A stretch of DNA of 7,370 bases from a virus. Lineage: Duplodnaviria; Heunggongvirae; Uroviricota; Caudoviricetes. This document shows positions 1 to 6,507 of the stretch, in pieces (within the stretch, counting starts at the first letter, position 1; each line of letters opens with the position of its first letter). The notes beneath the pieces were generated by a model. It was not told the origin of the DNA and made no database searches. It saw nothing but the letters and a program-made list of their open reading frames with translations. The translations under genes and the position numbers were made by a program. The DNA lies in IMG/VR virus record IMGVR_UViG_2703718811_000008, positions 1-7,370 of that record; one strand, written 5' to 3'.

Positions 1-104
1 GGACTGCCAAACGGCTGCCAGCCCTCCCTCAGTTTTTGTGTCAGTCGCTCCGCAAGGTCTGACGGAGACGCCGCCCTGACCACGTCATAGTGTTTAAATG
101 CCAT
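1..104 (-). CDS. Small phage protein, 5' part only (gene runs off the left edge); tentatively DUF1737-like, the type often found just upstream of lambdoid lysis genes
   Basis: ATG at 104..102 with GGAGG (RC of 109-113) 4 nt upstream; frame stays open to position 1; translation MAFKHYDVVRAASPSDLAERLTQKLREGWQPFGS...; absent from ORF track because under 60 aa inside the window. Family assignment is from memory of an EGW.P.G-type motif. Confidence 0.45.
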   Translation of the reverse strand, partial: MAFKHYDVVRAASPSDLAERLTQKLREGWQPFGS

Positions 105-283
105 TATTCCTCCCCTTTCCGGGATTTTCCTCAACAGTTGCGGGCCACGGTCCGGCTACACGGAGAATCAAAAGAGGAGAACCGCAGCCCGCAAAACGAA
201 AAAGGCCGCGCAGTTGCGCAGCCTTATAAACCCTGGTTAAAATCCACACGATAAAAATGACAATGCAAGTATCTCATGCTGTT

Positions 284-309
284 GCCCGAACCCACTCGGG
301 CTTTTTTTG
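284..309 (+). terminator. Rho-independent terminator (plus strand)
   Basis: Stem GCCCGA (284-289) / TCGGGC (296-301), loop ACCCAC, followed by T7 (302-308). Confidence 0.6.
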
Positions 310-310
310 C

Positions 311-340
311 ATAAAAAAATCCCCTCCGGAGAGGGGATTT
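311..340 (-). terminator. Rho-independent terminator (minus strand)
   Basis: Perfect 8-bp stem ATCCCCTC (319-326) / GAGGGGAT (331-338), loop CGGA; on the minus strand the hairpin is followed by T7 (RC of A-run 312-318). Confidence 0.6.
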
Positions 341-649
341 GCTTGTGTGAACATTTACATTGCATAACTGCATGGTGCCGGGTGCCTCCCGGTGAATTCA
401 GTATCAGCACCTGAATCCGCGATTATCACATATACCTACTTGCTGATTGCCCCTCCGCACAGGGGGATTCACCATGCGAGATTATTTTTAACAAAACGAC
501 GGGTTATTATCCAGTACCCAACATAATGAAATGTGATGCTTTTAACATTTTTCACAACCCGAGCTTAATGATAATCGCTTTATTAACACCCCAGTTTCAT
601 GGCGAGTTTAAATTTCTGCTTGTACCACTCTAGTTTAATATCAAAAATA

Positions 650-784
650 TCAGTTATCGATAAGAATATAGTAAACAAATAAACACATCCCGAGAAAACC
701 AATAACTATCATAGCTAATGCCAGCATAAATATTTGTTGTATACTTATTTTTACCGATGAAAGGTAACGCAGGAAAATGCTCAT
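650..784 (-). CDS. Candidate small single-TM membrane peptide (44 aa)
   Basis: ATG at 784..782 with GGGGA 7 nt upstream (RC of 785-800 = TTATGGGGACAGTATA); translation MSIFLRYLSSVKISIQQIFMLALAMIVIGFLGMCLFVYYILIDN, stop TGA at 650-652. This is the C-terminal part of track ORF 650..976, whose upstream part overlaps the tRNAs and is rejected. Very AT-rich, so could be a chance ORF. Confidence 0.3.
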   Translation of the reverse strand: MSIFLRYLSSVKISIQQIFMLALAMIVIGFLGMCLFVYYILIDN

Positions 785-807
785 TATACTGTCCCCATAA
801 TCCTCTA

Positions 808-882
<75 letters not shown>

Positions 883-883
883 A

Positions 884-960
884 TGGTGCGCCATACTGGA
901 TTCGAACCAGTGACCGATTGCTTAGAAGGCAATTGCTCTGTCCAACTGAGCTAACAGCGC
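884..960 (-). tRNA. tRNA-Arg (anticodon UCU, reads AGA), CCA encoded
   Basis: RC of 884-960 = GCGCTGTTAGCTCAGTTGGACAGAGCAATTGCCTTCTAAGCAATCGGTCACTGGTTCGAATCCAGTATGGCGCACCA. Canonical cloverleaf: D-arm GCTC/GAGC, anticodon stem ATTGC/GCAAT with loop CTTCTAA, T-arm ACTGG-TTCGAAT-CCAGT. Similar to but distinct from E. coli argU as recalled. Confidence 0.9.
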
Positions 961-964
961 TTCG

Positions 965-1038
965 TGCCCCTGCCATGTTTGAACCGGCGACCTGGCGGTT
1001 ATTAACCGCTCGCTCTGACCATTAGGGCTAAAGGGGCA
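965..1038 (-). tRNA. Degenerate tRNA-like element (possible pseudo-tRNA), no CCA encoded
   Basis: RC of 965-1038 = TGCCCCTTTAGCCCTAATGGTCAGAGCGAGCGGTTAATAACCGCCAGGTCGCCGGTTCAAACATGGCAGGGGCA. Perfect 7-bp acceptor-like stem TGCCCCT/AGGGGCA, T-loop-like GGTTCAAAC, anticodon-like loop TTAATAA (nominal AAU). But the D-stem has a mismatch, there are 3 nt between acceptor and D-stem, and the T-stem has a G-A pair. Sits 4 nt from tRNA-Arg. Confidence 0.35.
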
Positions 1039-1309
1039 ATAAGTTTCTTTAAAAACAGCATGCATATGCCTGCTATATAATCCATACTAACTTTTATTAA
1101 AAACAAATTCAACAAAATCAAGGTTAGCGATACTTCTTTATCTAATAGCAACATTAATTACTATTGTGTGATTTTGATGATACTCCCTATTAAAAAACTC
1201 TTCCATTAGCACAATGAGTGCTCAGCTATCTATTGAAATAAATGAGCACAAGAGGTATACATATCTCCACAGCAGACATTCTATCTAAAAGATCACAAAA
1301 ACAGACATC

Positions 1310-1657
1310 ATGATAAAAAATATTTTTATAATAATTTCAAGCATCCTCTGCATGGGGCTAATTGTGGAACATCCTCAAATCGACAGTGAAATATCGACAA
1401 ATGAAATAATCAATTGCCTTTCCAAGACAATTCAAGAAAGTGGTTATATAATGGATCTCAACGGCACCAAACCACCAATTAATGCAAAAGAATTCGCAAC
1501 ATATAGAATGTCAAAATACACCGGCTCATTCTGGATAGAGTATTCAACAGAAGGAAGACCAACAAGGAATGTTGGCATAATAAATGCAACAAATGATAAT
1601 TATAATACTTTGAATGATGCGTTACAATTTTGTATTAATAACATGACGAAATATTAA
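1310..1657 (+). CDS. Hypothetical small secreted or membrane-anchored protein (115 aa), AT-rich cargo gene
   Basis: ORF-track ORF; N-terminus MIKNIFIIISSILCMGLIV looks like a signal peptide or TM anchor; rest is hydrophilic and Asn/Thr-rich. Very AT-rich compared with the phage backbone. No strong SD before the ATG. No family recognised. Confidence 0.5.
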   Translation: MIKNIFIIISSILCMGLIVEHPQIDSEISTNEIINCLSKTIQESGYIMDLNGTKPPINAKEFATYRMSKYTGSFWIEYSTEGRPTRNVGIINATNDNYNTLNDALQFCINNMTKY

Positions 1658-1853
1658 CATCAACAATTAATATGTGTACATCCCCGTGAGCAAACCGTTC
1701 GTAATACCAGTGAGCAACAACAGCATGCGCTCCAACGTCTGAACGGCTTCGCCCATATGATATGGTTCAGCACATTAAAACGTTTACGCATCACGATTTC
1801 AATATCAGATGCCAGGCGATGTCCACAGAACAGGTAAAGACTTCCGGCTGGCT

Positions 1854-2013
1854 TTAACTACCCGACATAACGAGCTGGGTCAGTATTAACTGGCAGCGTT
1901 CGCGTGAAAGGTAAGTACTCTGCGCCATCTCCCCGACTGTCGCCGGGTCGTTAACACTTAATTCATTAAATAACACTCTGGCGGTTTCAGTCATATACGG
2001 CTGTTTCAGCATG
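1854..2013 (-). CDS. Small helix-turn-helix-like ORF (52 aa), possibly a truncated regulator remnant
   Basis: ATG at 2013..2011 with AGGGAAAAAG upstream; translation MLKQPYMTETARVLFNELSVNDPATVGEMAQSTYLSRERCQLILTQLVMSGS. The segment TVGEMAQSTYLSRERCQLILTQL has the pattern of an HTH recognition unit. The longer track ORF 1854..2195 is rejected because its extension contains a terminator hairpin. Confidence 0.35.
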
Positions 2014-2135
2014 TCTTTTTCCCTATTCCGGTTAACGTGACACACCAATAACTCTTGTCGAAAAAGCCAACAAGCTGAAAGACCGGTATTCACCACCACC
2101 AGCGCGTTTACTGAACTACTGAATGTTACAGACAT

Positions 2136-2165
2136 AAAAAAAGCCAGCCACAGGGGAAGGCTGGC
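2136..2165 (-). terminator. Rho-independent terminator (minus strand) downstream of the CPBP gene
   Basis: Stem GCCAGCC (2143-2149) / GGCTGGC (2159-2165), 9-nt loop; on the minus strand it is followed by T7 (RC of A-run 2136-2142). Confidence 0.55.
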
Positions 2166-2559
2166 AAACTCGTAGGGCAAAATGCTGTTACGCAAACTTC
2201 GTTACAGGGATATCCTGCAATACCTAAAATACACAACATTTAGACAACTACACAGTACCTCACTAAACTTTTAAGATTTTGTTATTAAATACAGTTATTC
2301 ACACTCTTACCTGATACGCAGTAATGCCCGTCTGGCCATGTAGAGTAACAACAGTCCGGGCAATGACAATCCATAGACACAAAAACCGCCCGCAGGTGGA
2401 TTTAGCAGTTTGGTACAGTAACCACTTTTAACATCATATTCTATAATTTACGTACGTAAATGCTTTACTACTCATTTTTAACCATTAATGGAGTGAATAT
2501 TATCCAGTGAGCCGTAAACCCCGTTCTTCAGGGCGTGGAGGATGTCAACAACAACATGT

Positions 2560-3378
2560 TCAATGATTTTTTAAGAATGGATAGGTAAAAAATAACAGGT
2601 GGCACAAATTCAACCCAAAATGAAAAAATGTAGCAACCCATAAGCGTCCACTAAACATCCATGCCATGCCATAAATCACTCCAGATAACATTGCAAACAG
2701 TACAAGTAACAAACCACCAGAATAATGATAAAGACCAAACAAAACTGAAGCGATAAACAATGCTACAAATGGATGTACAATCATAGAAAGACGCTGCTGA
2801 AGATATCCTCTGAAAAATGCTTCTTCAGCAAGAGAGACAAAAAACAAGTTGCTCAATATAAACTTTGGCAACCACTCCGGGAAATGAACCTCTGGTTTTA
2901 TTCCACCCAGTAAAACAGCTAAAACCAAAATAAATGGAACAGATAAAAAGAGCAAGGCCCACATTCCATAAGATACTTCGTACCTGAAATCGCTCTTAAA
3001 CAACCTGGGAAAAGATAACACCAATAAAAATGGCACCATGGCCTTATCAAAATTAAAATACATGGTGTATGGCGTACTAAACGGCCCGGTTATTACAGAA
3101 TTCAAAACCACAGGGTTATGAAAACCAGGCCAAAAGTGATATAGCAGCACAACAGATAATACAACTAAACAACTCTCCGTAACAATTCTACACCATGATT
3201 TCTGTGCCCACTTAACTTTTAACCAATACAATAGCCCAACGATTGTAAAGAGACCAAATGCCGGCCAATCTATAACTCCATTAGCGACACCCAAAACAAC
3301 AGATGCTATTAACAATAACAAAGAAAACAGTTTATATGCATTCAAACTTAGCAAGGATAAAGCCAGAACGCCCCACAT
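2560..3378 (-). CDS. CPBP-family (CAAX protease / Abi-type) intramembrane metalloprotease, 272 aa
   Basis: ATG at 3378..3376 with GGAGG about 6 nt upstream (RC of 3379-3395 = TTTTTGACGGAGGTTTT). Polytopic hydrophobic protein with the three CPBP motifs in order: EExxxR (AEEAFFRGY), FxxxH (FGLYHY), HxxxN (HFGLN). Gene is strongly AT-rich. Confidence 0.85.
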   Translation of the reverse strand: MWGVLALSLLSLNAYKLFSLLLLIASVVLGVANGVIDWPAFGLFTIVGLLYWLKVKWAQKSWCRIVTESCLVVLSVVLLYHFWPGFHNPVVLNSVITGPFSTPYTMYFNFDKAMVPFLLVLSFPRLFKSDFRYEVSYGMWALLFLSVPFILVLAVLLGGIKPEVHFPEWLPKFILSNLFFVSLAEEAFFRGYLQQRLSMIVHPFVALFIASVLFGLYHYSGGLLLVLFAMLSGVIYGMAWMFSGRLWVATFFHFGLNLCHLLFFTYPFLKNH

Positions 3379-3423
3379 AAAACCTCCGTCAAAAACAAAT
3401 CATCCCAAGATAACAATAACCAT

Positions 3424-3452
3424 TTATAATACAACTGTCATTTACAATGCAA
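3424..3452 (-). promoter_or_regulatory. Candidate sigma70 promoter for the CPBP gene (pR'-like late promoter or moron promoter)
   Basis: On the minus strand: -35 TTGCAT (3452..3447), 17-bp spacer, -10 TATAAA (3429..3424); about 45 nt upstream of the CPBP ATG, in the AT-rich Q-CPBP gap. Confidence 0.3.
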
Positions 3453-3495
3453 TGCTTACTACTCGTAAAAAATATAATAATAGTCAGAATCCTTC

Positions 3496-3519
3496 CTAGA
3501 TATTGCATGCAATATCTAG
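3496..3519. promoter_or_regulatory. Perfect 24-bp palindrome overlapping the Q stop codon; candidate protein-binding site
   Basis: CTAGATATTGCA|TGCAATATCTAG is exactly self-complementary; no U-tract on either strand, so not a classical terminator; overlaps the last Q codons and its TAG (3516-3518). Confidence 0.4.
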
Positions 3520-3884
3520 CATGCATCCATTTCCAGTGAAACATTAAGTGCCATTAACATCCCGTCAACAATACCCTCAGCCTTTTGAAGTTTTTTACCG
3601 ATATAACCATCCGAACAACCATGTTTTCTTGCCAAACTCATAAAAGTCATTCCAAATACGTAGTAATCAAGCAGCAATTCATGCAGTTCACTATTGTTCC
3701 GGTTCAGGCGCGCCATACACCCGCATATAATCATCGCGTCATCGTCACAACATTGCGGGCGGGATTTTATCTTTGCTGGAATAAGCCCCTTAAATCCGTT
3801 GGCAATAGACGACCATGTTACATCCTCATGGTTATTAGCTACCCATGCTCCCCAGTGTTCGAGAACCATCTGAATATCACGCAT
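3516..3884 (-). CDS. Late-gene antitermination protein Q (QuuD-like lambdoid Q family)
   Basis: ATG at 3884..3882 with GGAG 7 nt upstream; the track ORF starts 5 codons earlier at a TTG. Translation [34 protein letters not shown]...[16 protein letters not shown]... closely matches my recollection of E. coli DLP12 QuuD (YbcQ), including the Cys-rich zinc motif. Confidence 0.85.
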   Translation of the reverse strand: MRDIQMVLEHWGAWVANNHEDVTWSSIANGFKGLIPAKIKSRPQCCDDDAMIICGCMARLNRNNSELHELLLDYYVFGMTFMSLARKHGCSDGYIGKKLQKAEGIVDGMLMALNVSLEMDAC

Positions 3885-3901
3885 CAACTTTCTCCACAAA
3901 A

Positions 3902-4897
3902 TCAGGCCAGCACGCCAATTGCCAGCGCACGATCGATAAAACGAAATATCAGCTCCAGTTGGGAGCCATACTTTTCTTCAAATGCCACGGTATCCGCATG
4001 CAGCTCGTCGTGATGCTTTCTGCACAAAGGCAACACAAAAAGGTCATGCGCTTTTGTACCCATTCCACCCTGACCGTGGCCTATCAGGTGGTGGGGATCA
4101 TCAGCAGGCTTTCCACAACATGCACACGGCTGTGTCTTAACCCAGCGCGTGTACTTTTCATTAACCCAGCGGTGACGTTTTGGGCGTAACATAAAAGACT
4201 CCGGCGACTCCGGATCCACTTTCAGCGCCAGCACCTTTTTCGCTTTATCCTGGATGATGCTGGTGGCAGGAACCGAAGGAATAAGGTCACTTTCCCGGGT
4301 GACAGACGACACAACAGGCTTCGGTAATCTCAGTGCCTTACGGGCTGCACTTTCCGGTAAGGCATCCGCCAGGTCATTACGAACCAGCCACCAGCACAGT
4401 TCAGGCATTGTCACAACGTGACTATCATCAAAACCGAGATCCCGACGCACGACAGACAACACCCAGCGGGCACAGTTATCCGTTGCCATTGATTCCAGCC
4501 GTTCCGTGAACTGATCGCGCAGCTGGTTATCGCAGTGCCAGCACAGACGGATTGCGCCCGGCGCGTGTCGCATTGTGGTCATGTTCTCGCTGTGCCAGTC
4601 GGAATGAGGCCACTGGCAGCCTTTTTCACGAAGTAACCAGCTTTCAAGACATTCCACGCCACCAGCACGACGGATCACTGCCTCATTGCGGAACACGGCC
4701 CGAACGGCAGGATCATCCGCCAGCGGTTGTGATGCCGCCGGAACAGCACCACTGGCGAAAGATGAATAACGTTCCGGCTCAGGCTCCAGCAGGACACGCC
4801 CCTGCATAAACAGGGGCATCAGCTCTGAACCTGGCCTGAACAATACGATCCCCATACGCGGGGCAATTTCAGGGGTCAGTAGTGCTCTCACGGTCAC
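3902..4897 (-). CDS. DUF968-like prophage protein with C-terminal Cys/His (HNH-like zinc-binding) motif; YdfU-like position directly upstream of Q
   Basis: 331-aa ORF, stop TGA at 3902-3904. C-terminus [43 protein letters not shown] has C-x2-C...HH...PLC..HH...H spacing. Start uncertain: GTG at 4897, GTG at 4891 (better SD GAGG) or internal ATG. Confidence 0.75.
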   Translation of the reverse strand: MTVRALLTPEIAPRMGIVLFRPGSELMPLFMQGRVLLEPEPERYSSFASGAVPAASQPLADDPAVRAVFRNEAVIRRAGGVECLESWLLREKGCQWPHSDWHSENMTTMRHAPGAIRLCWHCDNQLRDQFTERLESMATDNCARWVLSVVRRDLGFDDSHVVTMPELCWWLVRNDLADALPESAARKALRLPKPVVSSVTRESDLIPSVPATSIIQDKAKKVLALKVDPESPESFMLRPKRHRWVNEKYTRWVKTQPCACCGKPADDPHHLIGHGQGGMGTKAHDLFVLPLCRKHHDELHADTVAFEEKYGSQLELIFRFIDRALAIGVLA

Positions 4898-4898
4898 C

Positions 4899-5708
4899 TC
4901 AATGAACGGTATCGAGCAGCTTTAACAGCTCAGGGAATCGGGATTCGAAGAAATGCGGCTGCGTCTCGCGCGGATTTGCGGGACTGGTGATGTTCTTGCC
5001 GAACATGCAGCCTTTCGCTGTCAGCGACCAGAATTTTTTGATGTTGTTAATCGCGGTACGGCTGTATCGTTCGCGCTGCTCGACGATCCCCAGCTTCACC
5101 ATCTGGTGATATGCCTGATTAGCCGTCAGGCGGATACCATACTGCTTCAGCAGTGCACTCAGTGACAGCGTAGGGCGACTTGAGCCATCGGGTGCATCGG
5201 CAGGAGCATCAATTGCATAGCGCGGAGCCAGATTCGGTAAGCCAACAGCCTCCTGGAGTTTCTGACAAGCCCCAAGCACAGATGAGTTAGACAGGTTTAA
5301 TTCCCGACGCATAAAGTCCAGCAGGATCACGCCAGCCTGCATCTTGTCAGCAGCCTGCCCGGATAATTTTTCCGGTGCGCTGGTTATCATATCGAAAGTA
5401 CGGATCACCTTCAGATGGAATGACGGGCTGATCCACATTGCATAGGCATACACCAGTTCTTTGCAGACATACGTCCCCTGGTTATTTCCGCCATTAATGA
5501 CGCTAACTGGTTGATTTTGTTCCAGAGGCGGAATTCCACCCTCGGTGAAAAGTTGTTCAATCAATTCACAGGTTTGCTTATTGGAGAGCCAGTATTTCGG
5601 GCGGTTTTTTTGTTCTCCCCCGGCTGCCCTGTGCAGATCGTTCAGGCTGTAACGCCCATAAGCATCACGACGAACTTCAATACCATCAATGACCATCAGA
5701 TTATTCAT
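4899..5708 (-). CDS. KilA-N domain protein (Roi / antirepressor-like), 269 aa
   Basis: ATG at 5708..5706 with AGGAG 9-10 nt upstream. N-terminus (VIDGIEVRRDAYGRYSLNDLHRA...GTYVCKELVYAYAMWISPSFHLKVI) matches the KilA-N/APSES pattern (GTWVHP..A..FA.WISPEF as recalled). Stop TGA at 4899-4901. Confidence 0.8.
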   Translation of the reverse strand: MNNLMVIDGIEVRRDAYGRYSLNDLHRAAGGEQKNRPKYWLSNKQTCELIEQLFTEGGIPPLEQNQPVSVINGGNNQGTYVCKELVYAYAMWISPSFHLKVIRTFDMITSAPEKLSGQAADKMQAGVILLDFMRRELNLSNSSVLGACQKLQEAVGLPNLAPRYAIDAPADAPDGSSRPTLSLSALLKQYGIRLTANQAYHQMVKLGIVEQRERYSRTAINNIKKFWSLTAKGCMFGKNITSPANPRETQPHFFESRFPELLKLLDTVH

Positions 5709-5727
5709 ACTTCGTTTCTCCTCTTAA

Positions 5728-5955
5728 TCAGGCGGCTGCACCCGCCGTTTTCTCGTACTTACTGATAGTGATCTCGACCTTCCCTCCCGGGATAACCGGT
5801 CCCCACTCCACCAGCATTCTTTTCACCTGACTGTCGTCTTCCCACACACCCGCGTGGGTCAGGGCGTCAAACAGCGCCTTGTTATAGTTGTCCAGATCGC
5901 GGATCCGGTTATCCCAGCATGGTTGCCACCTCCTGATTGGTTGGCGGAAAGCCAC
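5728..5955 (-). pseudogene. rusA: RusA Holliday-junction resolvase, C-terminal part only (5'-truncated)
   Basis: Frame translates to ...DNRIRDLDNYNKALFDALTHAGVWEDDSQVKRMLVEWGPVIPGGKVEITISKYE, matching the RusA C-terminal catalytic half (RRRDLDN...DALTKAGFWLDDAQV...GGRLELTITE as recalled). The frame is closed upstream, and the roughly 60 N-terminal residues expected for RusA are absent. The track's start is a GTG, and RusA-like sequence begins near 5915. Confidence 0.6.
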
Positions 5956-6019
5956 GCTCTTTCTGGTAAGAAATCAGCATATCCAGCACCTGCTGCTGGC
6001 ATTGAGTTAACGTCGTCAT
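5909..6019 (-). other. 36-codon ORF resembling the N-terminal start of a LexA-type DNA-binding domain; probable remnant at a mosaic junction
   Basis: ATG at 6019..6017 overlaps the TAA of the upstream gene (TAATG). Translation MTTLTQCQQQVLDMLISYQKERGFPPTNQEVATMLG aligns without gaps to LexA residues about 4-36 ([33 protein letters not shown], recalled), then hits TAA exactly where RusA similarity begins in the +1 frame. Confidence 0.3.
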
Positions 6020-6507
6020 TACGCCCCCACGTAATTCCCTGACAGATACCACTCATCACCCGATACAGCGCGCTTGCTGCTTTTCCGTAAACACTGCTCA
6101 CGACGCGCCAGAAAATTGTTTCGTTCTGGCTGGGAGTGGCTTTCACGGAATGCCGCCATCCACACGGTTGCAGCACGACGGTATAAGCCCCTGGACTCCA
6201 GTTCTTCAGCCTGGCGGGTCAGGCACAAAATCACCCGTGGATCGTTAGTGCCGACATAGAAATTGCGCACAGGTCTGGTTTCACGAACTGGTTGTGGTTC
6301 CGGCTCCTGCGCTCTCTCAGTCAGGCGCGGGAAATGTCTGCGTGTATCTCCTTCACAACGGTGAGCCACACGCCCACTCTGACGTAACTTGCTTGCTGAC
6401 TGCAGAACGCGCTGCCGTGAGTAACCTGCAAAAGCCTCCGCAATGTCTCCGGAAGTACACCCCGGATGGGCTTCAATGAATTTCTGAACGTCATTCAAAA
6501 GACTCAT
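6019..6507 (-). CDS. PerC-like transcriptional regulator with N-terminal winged-helix-like region (162 aa)
   Basis: ATG at 6507..6505 overlaps the TGA of the upstream replication gene (ATGA) and has GGGGGGG upstream. C-terminal LESRGLYRRAATVWMAAFRESHSQPERNNFLARREQCL matches the recalled PerC/Pch signature (LEARGLWRRAAARW...RRRKHCL). Confidence 0.65.
   Translation of the reverse strand: MSLLNDVQKFIEAHPGCTSGDIAEAFAGYSRQRVLQSASKLRQSGRVAHRCEGDTRRHFPRLTERAQEPEPQPVRETRPVRNFYVGTNDPRVILCLTRQAEELESRGLYRRAATVWMAAFRESHSQPERNNFLARREQCLRKSSKRAVSGDEWYLSGNYVGA

Noticed and set aside
255-365. 36-aa plus-strand ORF MTMQVSHAVARTHSGFFCIKK...
   Set aside because: No SD and it spans both terminator hairpins; most likely non-coding.
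1680-1853. Open plus-strand frame continuing after the 1310..1657 stop (…PREQTVRNTSEQQQHALQRLNGFAHMIWFSTLKRLRIT…), possible gene remnant
   Set aside because: No start codon, no recognisable family, and it follows an in-frame stop; noted only as a composition boundary where AT-rich cargo returns to GC-balanced sequence.
1854-2195. Full 113-aa version of the minus-strand ORF
   Set aside because: The N-terminal extension spans a terminator hairpin (2136-2165) and has no RBS; the internal ATG at 2013 with an SD-like sequence is the more plausible start.
1040-3520. Shiga toxin or other known toxin genes at the Q-tRNA locus
   Set aside because: No ORF here resembles StxA/StxB in length or sequence; the cargo is a CPBP protease plus small ORFs.
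3585-4189. Plus-strand ORFs 3585..4013 and 3845..4189
   Set aside because: Antisense to the Q and DUF968-like genes, which have strong homology and RBS support; no RBS or recognisable product.
4552-5765. Plus-strand ORFs 4552..4809, 4953..5165 and 5511..5765
   Set aside because: Antisense to the DUF968-like and KilA-N genes; low-complexity, Arg/Pro-rich translations typical of wrong-strand frames.
5895-5915. GGATCC (BamHI) site at the LexA-like/RusA junction as a sign of a cloning artefact
   Set aside because: A single 6-bp site is expected by chance in 7 kb, and there is no vector sequence or linker signature around it.
5854-6479. ORFs 5854..6042 (+), 5859..6176 (-), 6074..6259 (+), 6294..6479 (+)
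   Set aside because: Overlap the RusA fragment and PerC-like gene in other frames or on the other strand; no homology pattern or start signals.
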